Below, one piece after another: positions 9,641 through 18,271 of a stretch of DNA of 32,000 nucleotides (its first letter is position 1; each line of letters starts with the position of its first letter). The stretch spans positions 1,602 to 33,601 of the forward strand of contig CAOJGX010000003.1 of NCBI GenBank assembly GCA_948435735.1, read 5' to 3'. The stretch is from an uncultured Clostridium sp. (GTDB lineage: Bacteria; Bacillota; Clostridia; TANB77; CAG-508). Both the position numbers and the translations under genes were made by a program. A model generated the notes under the pieces. The model was not told the origin of the DNA and ran no database searches. It was given only the letters and a program-made list of their open reading frames with translations.

Positions 9641-10468
9641 CTAAATCTTTACTTCCTTAAAGAAATTATAATACTTCACATCCTCCAAAATTTCAATGAT
9701 ATACCCACTTTTTACACTTCCACTTTCTGTTTCTAATTTTAAATCTGCACTTACATTACAAAGAAATTTCTCATCTAAATGATTTTTCAAATGAATGGTA
9801 AAACTGATTTTAGGTGATAAATCCTTCAAATTAATATCTAAATTATTAAAAATTCTTCCATCAAACGAAACTAAACCATTCTCTTTTGTAACTTGATAGT
9901 TGTTAATCACTTCTTTATTTATATACCCCAAAGTAATTGGATTTGAACAATCTGTGAAAAATACTGGTTTATGGTAATCTGTATTTTCGTTTTCTTCGTT
10001 CGTATAAATGATTTCATATTTTAACTGATCCGTTATTTCATTTTCATCAAGCATTCTGAATTTTGAAATTTCAAGTGGATTTTTATAATATAAAGTTGGT
10101 GTGCCATAGCGATAACCAAGATCAATTTTGAAATTATCTAGATATAACTCTTTTATCGTGTTTTCTTCTGTAATTTCTTCTTTGAAATTATCGATATAAA
10201 GCGCAATATCTGAATATTGATAAATACTCAAATCTTGCAAATTCTGTTCTACCGTCTTATCAATCGCCTCTGCACTGCTATATTTGATGATTTTTGCCAC
10301 TCGAAAAACAGGATTTCGATTGGCGTCAGCGACTACAATTAATTCTTTTACAAATCGATTTCGACTCACTATTCTCGAAAAAATAAATCGATAATCCACA
10401 TACAAGATTGCCAATATTATGAAACATAATATTGGCAAAGCAAATTTTTTTAACGTTTTTTTCAACAT
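9641..10468 (-). CDS. membrane-anchored protein of unknown function, paralog of 12048-12776
   Basis: 275 aa with an N-terminal TM (FALPILCFIILAILYV), then a beta-rich domain. Shares blocks with the 242-aa protein (ALYIDNFKEEITEENTIKELYLDNF vs YIYIDKNEVTEETIKQITIENF; VSFDGRIFNNL vs ITYDGKLLQNI). Starts 11 nt after the hydrolase stop. Confidence 0.6.
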   Translation of the reverse strand: MLKKTLKKFALPILCFIILAILYVDYRFIFSRIVSRNRFVKELIVVADANRNPVFRVAKIIKYSSAEAIDKTVEQNLQDLSIYQYSDIALYIDNFKEEITEENTIKELYLDNFKIDLGYRYGTPTLYYKNPLEISKFRMLDENEITDQLKYEIIYTNEENENTDYHKPVFFTDCSNPITLGYINKEVINNYQVTKENGLVSFDGRIFNNLDINLKDLSPKISFTIHLKNHLDEKFLCNVSADLKLETESGSVKSGYIIEILEDVKYYNFFKEVKI

Positions 10469-10479
10469 AACTACTCCAT

Positions 10480-11961
10480 TTATAATCTATGATATAAATA
10501 TTCCATATAGGAATATACTTTATTATGCCAATTTTGGTCACTTGCATACCTTATATTAACTGCTGAAACAGTTGGGCCATTATAATATGACCCTTTTGCT
10601 ACCTCGTCATCGTAAATTGGTGTGCCCGCTTCATTTATGTAGTTTTTCACAAGAACTCTTGCTACTAAATCAATTCCCTCTGCATATGTTTCAAAAGAAA
10701 ACGAACTTTGATAAGGTGAATTGTCATACGCCCCATAGCCAAACAAATTCTTTTTGTCTTGTGCAATGGTTGAGGTTCCCCAACCGCTTTCATGGATTGC
10801 CATGGAGGCTACAAATATGCCGTTTATGTGATAGTTCTTGTCCACGTTATAAAACGCTTCTGCATTCTCTTCTAGCACATGATTTTTGTCTGATTTATTG
10901 CCAGATAAAATCTTTTGGTAATCTTCCAATGTTAAATCCGTTGATTGATTTAAAGCTATATCCTCATTTAAGGTCATTTTTATCTTTTGACGTCTGTTGG
11001 CATCCACAATCCCTGGTGTTACTTTGGCAGAAGTTAAATATTTGCTTTTTACAAAACCTTCTAGACCATCATACGTTACTTTACACCAAGTTTCCTCTTT
11101 TAATTCTTCCAAAGTAACATCTAAACTTTCCAAAATCGTTACAATTTCTTCTGCAGAATCCTCTGCACTTGATTGTAAGGTCACTTCTTCGGTTACATAC
11201 ATCGTATCGCCTAAATGTACTTTGTTGTTTGCTAAAAATTTTGAAGTTCCTTTGTCAACAATTTGTGGTGTTGCATTTTCAATTGGAATCGCTTCTAAAA
11301 TATTTTCTGACACCATCTCATTATTTTCATACGATTTGATGACCGTTACCTGTTGTCTTCCATTGACACCATTTTGCGTGATTTTTTCTTCGCCTTCTGG
11401 CAAATTTGGATTTTCAACATATTGTGTTTCAAATTCAATCGGACGCTCTTCTTCGGCATATTCTTTTGACTTCAATACACTCACATTTTCCATCAAAATT
11501 TCTTCTAACTCAATCGCATTTTGGTTGGTTTCTAACATCAACTGACCTTGTGCATTGATTGGTAAGGCTTGTTTTTCTATGTTTTCTTCTGCTGGTTCTG
11601 AATTGTCTTCTTGTAAATCCTGACTGTTTTGTGTTACTTGTGCTTCAACTTCGTTTTCTGCTACAACTTCTTGCTTTTCTATAACATTTTCGGCCATTGT
11701 TTTAGCAAATATCGTGGTAGAAAAAATACAGGTTATCGCCACAATTACAATTGTAGTCAGTACAATTATTTGCTCTTCTTTGGCAATTCTAGCAATACTC
11801 GCACATTTTATTTTATTCTTTTTTTTCTCTACAGCTCGTCTTCCTTTTTTCAATCGTTTCTTTTTCACTGGTTCCATTGGTTCTATGCGTTTGATGTTTT
11901 CCAGATTACTTTTCATTTGCTCAAGATTTTGCTGCATTTGTTCAAAATCATTTATTCTCAT
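10480..11961 (-). CDS. membrane-anchored peptidoglycan hydrolase: G5 + SH3b + GH73 N-acetylglucosaminidase domains
   Basis: 493 aa. Charged cytoplasmic N-terminus, TM (IIVLTTIVIVAITCIFSTTIF), G5-like block (IEFETQYVENPNLPEGEEKITQNGVNGRQQVTVIKSYENNE...IVDKGT), SH3b-like block (WCKVTYDGLEGFVKSKYL), and C-terminal glucosaminidase block (FVASMAIHESGWGTS...NLFGYGAYD...YASDQNW). Confidence 0.8.
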   Translation of the reverse strand: MRINDFEQMQQNLEQMKSNLENIKRIEPMEPVKKKRLKKGRRAVEKKKNKIKCASIARIAKEEQIIVLTTIVIVAITCIFSTTIFAKTMAENVIEKQEVVAENEVEAQVTQNSQDLQEDNSEPAEENIEKQALPINAQGQLMLETNQNAIELEEILMENVSVLKSKEYAEEERPIEFETQYVENPNLPEGEEKITQNGVNGRQQVTVIKSYENNEMVSENILEAIPIENATPQIVDKGTSKFLANNKVHLGDTMYVTEEVTLQSSAEDSAEEIVTILESLDVTLEELKEETWCKVTYDGLEGFVKSKYLTSAKVTPGIVDANRRQKIKMTLNEDIALNQSTDLTLEDYQKILSGNKSDKNHVLEENAEAFYNVDKNYHINGIFVASMAIHESGWGTSTIAQDKKNLFGYGAYDNSPYQSSFSFETYAEGIDLVARVLVKNYINEAGTPIYDDEVAKGSYYNGPTVSAVNIRYASDQNWHNKVYSYMEYLYHRL

Positions 11962-12047
11962 AGCATCTTTCCATTCTTAAAATTATACAAGTTTATTATA
12001 GTATATTTTATTGGAATTGTCTATACAATTTTTTAGATAATTTGGAA

Positions 12048-12776
12048 TTATATTCTTTTAAATACAACATTGCTAAAATCAGTGATTTCAAAATTTCCTG
12101 AACCATTTTCTATCATATCTTCTGCTGGTAATTCAAGTGTAATTGTTCCTTTGTAGCTGACATTTTGATTGGTTTGGATAATCATATCAAAACTTAACCC
12201 AAACTTGATTTCTTCTACACTTACTCCAATATTTTGCAATAATTTGCCATCATATGTTATTTCTGTAGAATCGTTTGAAATATAGGTTCCCAAGTTGTCT
12301 AATGAAACACGGCAACTAATGACACCACCTTTATTGCCAATTTCTAATGTTTTCAAATCATCTATCGAAGCACCTGTATAGGTTAGGCTTTCTGCTAAAT
12401 AATTTTGCTCACTGTGCGTATAGGTTTTTCCCAACTCCCCTGTTGGTCTGTAAATGGCGACTTCTCCTTTGGCCGGATTTTTGGTCACATTGAAATTTTC
12501 GATTGTGATTTGCTTGATGGTTTCTTCTGTTACTTCATTTTTGTCGATATAAATATATAAATCATTGGCTTGTTTTATATTAATATTCCAGATGTTTTGT
12601 CCATCATCTATTGGTGTTCCTTCCACGGTACTAATCACAAAAATTTTAGAAATACTATACGGCAAGCTTTTTTCGCCTTCCACTTGATATTTTACCATTG
12701 CAAAAATAACTAGCATTAGCACTATCATCATACAAAATAAAAAAATACATTTTTTAAATATTTGGGCCTTTTTCAT
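12048..12776 (-). CDS. membrane-anchored protein of unknown function, paralog of 9641-10468
   Basis: 242 aa with an N-terminal TM (IFLFCMMIVLMLVIFAMV). RBS AAAGGAGGA. Similar to the 275-aa protein (see above). Confidence 0.6.
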   Translation of the reverse strand: MKKAQIFKKCIFLFCMMIVLMLVIFAMVKYQVEGEKSLPYSISKIFVISTVEGTPIDDGQNIWNINIKQANDLYIYIDKNEVTEETIKQITIENFNVTKNPAKGEVAIYRPTGELGKTYTHSEQNYLAESLTYTGASIDDLKTLEIGNKGGVISCRVSLDNLGTYISNDSTEITYDGKLLQNIGVSVEEIKFGLSFDMIIQTNQNVSYKGTITLELPAEDMIENGSGNFEITDFSNVVFKRI

Positions 12777-12799
12777 TAAATCCTCCTTTTTCCAAATAC

Positions 12800-12824
12800 G
12801 GGCGGATAATATCCGCCCCTACGC
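12800..12824 (-). repeat. REP-like element (GTAG + GGGCGGAT/ATCCGCCC hairpin)
   Basis: Minus-strand sense: TAG(tadA stop)-GC-GTAG-GGGCGGAT-ATT-ATCCGCCC-GTATTT. Stem 12800-12807 / 12811-12818; GTAG at plus 12819-12822. Confidence 0.75.
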
Positions 12825-13277
12825 CTATTTTTTTCGCTGACGTAATTGTTTAAAAAACGTTTTTAAAATCGTTTCACACTCGTCCTTTAATATATATTTG
12901 TTAACTTCAATTTTATGATTAAATTTATATTCTAATAAATTCAAAACCGAACCACAAGCACCTGTTTTATCATCTTGCGTACCAATGTATAGTTTTCTAA
13001 TTCTAGCATTGATTAAAGCACCGGCACACATTGAGCATGGCTCTAAAGTTACATACATATCGCAATCGATTAAACGCCAACTATTTAACTTTTTACATGC
13101 TTTCTGAATGGCTAATATTTCAGCATGATTGGTAGCATCGCATTTTGATTCTTTTTTGTTATGTGCTCTTGCTATGATTTTGTTATCTTTTACAATCACA
13201 GCCCCGACTGGCACTTCGTCTTTGTCGAATGCCTTTTTAGCTTCTTTTAGGGCTTCTTTCATGAATTTTTCTTCCAT
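12825..13277 (-). CDS. tadA: tRNA-specific adenosine deaminase
   Basis: 150 aa with CDA zinc motifs HAEILAI and PCSMCAGAL. Typical TadA N-terminus FMKEALKEAKKA..EVPVGAVIV. Confidence 0.95.
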   Translation of the reverse strand: MEEKFMKEALKEAKKAFDKDEVPVGAVIVKDNKIIARAHNKKESKCDATNHAEILAIQKACKKLNSWRLIDCDMYVTLEPCSMCAGALINARIRKLYIGTQDDKTGACGSVLNLLEYKFNHKIEVNKYILKDECETILKTFFKQLRQRKK

Positions 13278-13651
13278 ATTTCACCTTTTATTTACAATTT
13301 ATCTTATATTTATATCATATCTTCCATTTTTTGACAATAGTTTTTAGTGGTGTTTCTATTTTCTCATTTTTAGCCTATTGCCCCTAGAGGCCTAGAAATG
13401 CATTTTAAGAGATTTTACCCCCTTTCTGGTATGTTATGTATACTTAAGAGATAAAACCGCCTTATTTGGCTTTCTAGTGCTTCATCAAAAAAGTCACTTT
13501 TCTGATATCTCTGCTTTTTATGCTTCTAAAACACATGAAACGGTGCTTTTTTGAGGTTTTCTTGGATTTTTAGTCATTTAAGTCTAACGCTGACTAAAAA
13601 ATGCCTTAAATTAAATTTTTATAAATTTTGTAAAAAGCTTAAAGTTCCTAT

Positions 13652-13704
13652 CAATACAAGAAAAGACCACCTGTACAAAAATTACCTTGTACATAATGGT
13701 CTTT
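13652..13704 (-). terminator. possible terminator of the SleB-type hydrolase gene
   Basis: Imperfect long hairpin: AAAGACCA...TGTAC (13652-13666) pairs with GTACA...TGGTCTTT (13689-13704). The minus strand continues with a T-rich CTTTTCTTG. Confidence 0.35.
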
Positions 13705-13715
13705 CCAAGAAGATT

Positions 13716-14609
13716 TTACTTGCATCCTTCTTCATAATCAAGAGGGTAAGCAAAACATTGCACGGTTCCTGGAATTTCATACCGAGCAAGCTTTCCCTCC
13801 ATCCAAGACTCCCATCTGGTTGTCTGATAAATTACGTATTCAGGAAGACACTCAATAGTTCCATTAATCAGCCCTTCTGCAATTCTCATTGCTTCTGGTG
13901 ATGGCTCTCGACCTGACTCAACATACGGAATTGTATATCGAGAGTCATACTGTTTATATCCGTCCACCACTTGATAAAGAACTTCCGTAATTGTGTTTAC
14001 CCTTCGAAATTCTTTATAGGGTGATCGAATTCTGTTGAGCACTACCGAACCAACAGCAAACCTCTCAGCATCTGTTTTTGCAGCTTCTGCGTCTATCATC
14101 AAGCCTAAAATTCTTACTTGATGTGCCACATGTGCAAATTCAGCACGCTGTGCTTCCTGACGTGCCCTTTCTGCTGCTTCTGCCGCTGCTTTGGCTTCTG
14201 CTTCTGCACGAGCCCGAGCCTCTTCTTCTGCCTTAGCTTTAGCAATCGCCTTTGCTGTTTCTTTTATTTTGGCAGTCTGTCTCACAAACTCCCTTTTTCT
14301 AGCCTCAATCTGGGCTTTCCTTTCTTCCTCTCTTTGTTCTTCCTCCTCGCATTCTTTTTTTATTGTCAGCATTTTTTCTTCAATTGAAACTTCATCTTCT
14401 TCTATCACTAAATCTCCTAAATAAAATAAAGATGAACTTTCTTCTGAAGCAGAGTCTGGCAGAAATTCTTCCAGTGTAGCTTTCGTTCCATTAGCCAAAA
14501 CTGGCTTAGTATAAATACCAGTCGCCAATACGGCTAACACCATGATTTTTACAATTTTTCGGCAATATCTCCTCCCTTCCCGATTTGTAAAAACTTTTTT
14601 AAAGTGCAT
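13716..14609 (-). CDS. secreted protein with Ala/Glu/Arg-rich coiled-coil region and C-terminal SleB/CwlJ-type (Hydrolase_2) cell-wall hydrolase domain
   Basis: 297 aa with a signal/TM segment (IVKIMVLAVLATGIY) and a low-complexity stretch KAKAEEEARARAEAEAKAAAEAAERARQEAQRAE. The C-terminal block DAEAAKTDAERFAVGSVVLNRIRS...ITEVLYQ resembles the cell-wall hydrolase family (from memory). RBS AAAGGAG. Confidence 0.6.
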   Translation of the reverse strand: MHFKKVFTNREGRRYCRKIVKIMVLAVLATGIYTKPVLANGTKATLEEFLPDSASEESSSLFYLGDLVIEEDEVSIEEKMLTIKKECEEEEQREEERKAQIEARKREFVRQTAKIKETAKAIAKAKAEEEARARAEAEAKAAAEAAERARQEAQRAEFAHVAHQVRILGLMIDAEAAKTDAERFAVGSVVLNRIRSPYKEFRRVNTITEVLYQVVDGYKQYDSRYTIPYVESGREPSPEAMRIAEGLINGTIECLPEYVIYQTTRWESWMEGKLARYEIPGTVQCFAYPLDYEEGCK

Positions 14610-14770
14610 CTTTCAAATCTCCTTTCTTCTTTTTTCCAATTCCCAAAAAAATTGGATATGTAAATAACTTCAATATAGCAAAATCTGCTATGTGTTGCAT
14701 TATATCATATTTTACATAATTTGGCAACCCCTTTTTTACATTTTTTTACTACATATGTAGATTTTTTTGC

Positions 14771-14805
14771 AAAAAATAAACTGCTGTACAATAACAACAG
14801 TTTAT
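14771..14805. terminator. terminator after the glycosylation operon (usable in both directions)
   Basis: ATAAACTGCTGT (14776-14787) / ACAACAGTTTAT (14794-14805), 12 bp with 1 mismatch. Flanked by AAAAAA (14771-14776, Ts on the minus strand) and TTTTTA on the plus strand. Confidence 0.6.
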
Positions 14806-14810
14806 TTTTA

Positions 14811-16949
14811 CTATTTCAATAGCCAAATTTTCTTTGTTTCTTCTGTTTGCTCATAATTTTCATGCAAATATTTTTTCAAATAATCATCATATCCAGATAT
14901 TTCCCAAGCTTTTAGGTCTTCGTCATAAAGAACAACACGTGGTCGTTTATTGATTAAGTCATCAATGGTGTCAAGTTCATACCAATCCATATACCAAGGA
15001 AGAATAAAGCCTAGTCTGTTGATTGGAAATCTGTTTTTGTAAATTAAATATACGGATGAATTAGAGTAAATATCATAAAATATTTCTTCTCCGTCTGATG
15101 TTTCCGAAATGACTTTTTGGTCAAGACCTGTGATTGGTTGTGCTTTTTTGAATAAATATGTTGTGCTATATTTCATATAATTTCCTGCTATACAGATTAT
15201 AACAACTGCAATTACTGTTTGAGAGGCTAGTTTCTGCGTTTTGGTCATTTTATCCAAATCTGTGTAAATCAGAACCAATGTTAGCAAAGAAGCCCATGCT
15301 GCAATGGAATGAAAGCTTTCGTTGGTTCGTGTAAAGCAAAAACTTACGATGAGTGGTAAAATGATTGCTTTTATCCATTCCTTCTTTCGTGCCATATTGA
15401 TTAGAATTAGGATAAAACTTGCTTCTAATATAATATTCATAAACGAATGCACAACTTCTTTGCCAGTTGCTATTTTTTGTATGGCATTTGGAATAAGTTG
15501 TACAAAATTAGTAATTCCAATGAAGAATGGTTGTAATACATTGCTACCAAATCCGTCTTTTAAGTAGTAAGAATATACTTCTGTGTTAAATTTAAATGCT
15601 TGTTTATAAAATGCAACAAGTGAATGTGTTGCTACTAAATAGCCTAGTAAAATAACAAATGGAATGGCACACGCAATGACTAATTTCCAATATCTTTGAA
15701 ATAGATTTTTGAAAGAGATTGATTTATGCCTCATCCAATACAAAATTTCTTTTAACAAGACACCTAAGCAAACTGCAAAAATTGCATAAATGCTTACAAA
15801 AGCTGATGTAAATCCACAGAAAATGCTAATCGAAACGATGCTACAACGTTTCCAATCCAATTTTTCGTCTTTCAAGTATTGCAAAAATTCCAAAATCAGT
15901 GCAATCATGCAAATTGCTTGAATGTTGTCACTTAGTAACATAACGGTTTGCTTGCCAATAAATAAACCTAATCCGATTTGCAGAATTGGCAATAACGCCA
16001 TTTTGCCTTTCCCAAAATGCTCTTTATGCCTTAAATATAATCCCATATAAGCAAATGCGATTATGACATAATATATGAAACGAAATTGCATCACAGAGCC
16101 TGCTTGGAAAAGAGAAAATATGGCACATAAAAGATAAGCAAATGGTGTATGTTGCGTGTAATAATCTACATATAAAATGTGGCCTTTTTGGATTAGCATT
16201 CCACCAATGAGATTATCTACTTCATCGCAAAATGTTTCCATCCCTGTAAATACTGCTAATAATGCAAAAACTACAATTCCTAGTATACCAGCTTGTACCA
16301 ATCCATTTTTCATAATGGATTTTTGATTTTTATATAACTGTAAAATATAGATAAGTAAAGCTAGAATATAAGCTTCACAGCCGAATGTAAATAATAGCCA
16401 AAAGGTGTTGGTATTTCCGCCATAAACATTCATACATAAATCGGCTGTATATAAATTTCCATTATAATATAAATTTTCGCTGTTTTCGGCATTTTTATCG
16501 GCATAAAATGCTACAAAGTTCTCATAATTGACTCTGGTTTTGGCTTTTATGATGAGTGAGAATTGATGTGTGTTGTCTATTGGTATGGCAGAATCTAGCA
16601 TGAGGTCGTAAAATTCATTGTCTTTTGCTTGGCTAGTATTAAATTCAAAGGAAGCAAGTTCTTTGTTGGCTGTTTTATCCATTATGATAACTTCGTATCT
16701 TGAATTATTTTCTCTGCCATAGGTTCCAATTGCTAATCCAACACCTTGAAACATTTGGTAGGGAATTTTAAATTCCTGTTCTATCACAAAATTGTTATCG
16801 TGCATGGCAAGGATATCTTCGCAATTTTTCCCTACTTTTATATATTCTATATAGGTCACTTTTTTGGTCGCTTTGTATAGCATAAAAATACACAAAATTA
16901 AAATAACGATACTGGAAAGACCAATCCAAATTTTTTGTTTTTTATTCAT
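14811..16949 (-). CDS. polytopic membrane protein, putative GT-C-type (lipid-linked sugar dependent) glycosyltransferase
   Basis: 712 aa. N-terminal TM, about 170 aa of extracytoplasmic beta-rich domain, then about 12 predicted TM helices with an acidic loop FCDEVDN after the first bundle helices, and a soluble C-terminal domain of about 100 aa. Its start ATG lies 1 nt after the GT2 stop, suggesting translational coupling. The function is inferred from architecture and context only. Confidence 0.5.
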   Translation of the reverse strand: MNKKQKIWIGLSSIVILILCIFMLYKATKKVTYIEYIKVGKNCEDILAMHDNNFVIEQEFKIPYQMFQGVGLAIGTYGRENNSRYEVIIMDKTANKELASFEFNTSQAKDNEFYDLMLDSAIPIDNTHQFSLIIKAKTRVNYENFVAFYADKNAENSENLYYNGNLYTADLCMNVYGGNTNTFWLLFTFGCEAYILALLIYILQLYKNQKSIMKNGLVQAGILGIVVFALLAVFTGMETFCDEVDNLIGGMLIQKGHILYVDYYTQHTPFAYLLCAIFSLFQAGSVMQFRFIYYVIIAFAYMGLYLRHKEHFGKGKMALLPILQIGLGLFIGKQTVMLLSDNIQAICMIALILEFLQYLKDEKLDWKRCSIVSISIFCGFTSAFVSIYAIFAVCLGVLLKEILYWMRHKSISFKNLFQRYWKLVIACAIPFVILLGYLVATHSLVAFYKQAFKFNTEVYSYYLKDGFGSNVLQPFFIGITNFVQLIPNAIQKIATGKEVVHSFMNIILEASFILILINMARKKEWIKAIILPLIVSFCFTRTNESFHSIAAWASLLTLVLIYTDLDKMTKTQKLASQTVIAVVIICIAGNYMKYSTTYLFKKAQPITGLDQKVISETSDGEEIFYDIYSNSSVYLIYKNRFPINRLGFILPWYMDWYELDTIDDLINKRPRVVLYDEDLKAWEISGYDDYLKKYLHENYEQTEETKKIWLLK

Positions 16950-16950
16950 T

Positions 16951-17673
16951 TTATTTCATTTCCTTTAATGTTTTATTGATTTCTTTAAAATCTTTTACGG
17001 CTTGTCTACCAATTTTACATATTTTCTTCAAATTAATTGAATTAACGCCACCTTGTCTTTGTCTAAAGGTGATTGGTATGTATTTTACATTGTATTTTTT
17101 CTTGGCATAAATCACAGAAATTATGACATTGGATAAATTGAATTTTTCTGGCACCAATTTCAAATTTTCTTTTAAGACATCTGCTTTCATTAAACGAAAT
17201 GGTGTGTTGGCATCTATTACAGTAACACCAAAACATAGTTTTAAGGTTACTTTTAGTACTTTGGTGACAAAGTATCTGGAAAATCCATCTTCTCGTTTGC
17301 TTCGATGACCAATTACCATTTCATGCTGTTCTTTGCAGTTCCAGAATTGTTCAAATTCGCTTGGTAGAGTTTGGCCATCTGAGTCGGTTTGGAAAATGTA
17401 ATCTGCACCATTTTCTATGGCATCGTTGTAACCGTGTAAAATGGTTGCTCCATGCCCTTCATTTTGTTTGGTGATTGCTTTGATGAGTGGATATTTTTTG
17501 GCACATTCTTGTATGATGGAATAAGTGTTGTCTTTGCTTCCATCATCAATTAAAACTAATCTAGACTCTCCATTGCCATTATGTTTTTCAATGACTGGAT
17601 ACCACTCTTCGATGACTGATTTGATATTTGCTTCTTCGTTGTAAACAGGTATTACGATAAATAATTTCTCCAT
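16951..17673 (-). CDS. family 2 glycosyltransferase (polyprenyl-phosphate sugar synthase-like)
   Basis: 240 aa: IVIPVYNEEANI ... LIDDGSKDNT ... QTDSDGQ (DXD-type), typical of GT2 DPM1/GtrB/CsbB-like enzymes. RBS AAAGGAA. Confidence 0.8.
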   Translation of the reverse strand: MEKLFIVIPVYNEEANIKSVIEEWYPVIEKHNGNGESRLVLIDDGSKDNTYSIIQECAKKYPLIKAITKQNEGHGATILHGYNDAIENGADYIFQTDSDGQTLPSEFEQFWNCKEQHEMVIGHRSKREDGFSRYFVTKVLKVTLKLCFGVTVIDANTPFRLMKADVLKENLKLVPEKFNLSNVIISVIYAKKKYNVKYIPITFRQRQGGVNSINLKKICKIGRQAVKDFKEINKTLKEMK

Positions 17674-17752
17674 TTTTTGTTCCTTTCTGGGTTTGGATTT
17701 TGATTTTTTATGGATGGGTTGTTGCGTTAGGTTTTATGTTCGTTTTTGGAGC

Positions 17753-17777
17753 GGGCGATTGATAATCGCCCCTACAG
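17753..17777 (-). repeat. REP-like element (GTAG + GGGCGATT/AATCGCCC hairpin) overlapping the glf stop codon
   Basis: Minus-strand sense: CCT-GTAG-GGGCGATT-ATC-AATCGCCC-GCTCC. Stem 17753-17760 / 17764-17771. The TAG of GTAG (plus 17772-17774) is the glf stop codon. Confidence 0.75.
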
Positions 17778-18257
17778 GATTTTGTTGCATGTTTTTAGGG
17801 CTTCTTTGATGACCTTGTCCATGTCGTAATATTTGTATTGACCTAAGCGACCGCCGAAAATTACTTTTTTGTCGGTGTCTGCTAATGTTTTATATTTTTC
17901 ATATAATTCATTATTTTTATCGTTGTTGATTGGATAATATGGTTCTTTGCGGGTAGTCCAAGTGTCTGGATATTCTCTTGTGATGATTGTTTTAGGCTGC
18001 GTTCCATACTCGAAATGTTTATGTTCAATAATTCTTGTGTAAGGAACTTCGTATTCTGTATAGTTGACAACGCTGTTTCCTTGATAGTTCTCTAAATCCA
18101 AGGTTTCTGTTTCAAATCTTAAACTTCTGTATTCTAGTTCTCCATATTGGTAATTATAATATTGATCAATTGGCCCTGTGAAAACAATCTTTTCTGCAAT
18201 GTTGTTTAATTCTTCTTTGTGTTCAAAATAATCATATTGTAATCTAACTTCAATTCC
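17772..18257 (-). CDS. glf: UDP-galactopyranose mutase, C-terminal segment (third reading frame of an interrupted gene)
   Basis: The frame is open from 18260. GIEVRLQYDYF...VFTGPIDQYYNYQYGELEYRSLRFE...YTRIIEHKHF...PYYPINNDKNNELYEKY...VIFGGRLGQYKYYDM is colinear with the Glf C-terminal half. The ORF-track start (TTG at 18101) is internal. Confidence 0.85.
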   Translation of the reverse strand, partial: GIEVRLQYDYFEHKEELNNIAEKIVFTGPIDQYYNYQYGELEYRSLRFETETLDLENYQGNSVVNYTEYEVPYTRIIEHKHFEYGTQPKTIITREYPDTWTTRKEPYYPINNDKNNELYEKYKTLADTDKKVIFGGRLGQYKYYDMDKVIKEALKTCNKIL

Positions 18258-18271
18258 GTTCTAACATTTTT

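Noticed and set aside
13371-13400. TAGCCTATTGCCCCTAGAGGCCTAG, a possible seventh REP-like copy upstream of tadA
   Set aside because: It has CTAGGGGC rather than GTAGGGGC, and the arms do not form a stable hairpin (4 of 6 complementary). At best it is a decayed remnant.
13551-13901. 116-aa plus-strand ORF spanning the gap and the 3' end of the SleB-type gene
   Set aside because: No RBS. Half of it is antisense to a supported CDS, and the composition is atypical for proteins. It is more likely non-coding.
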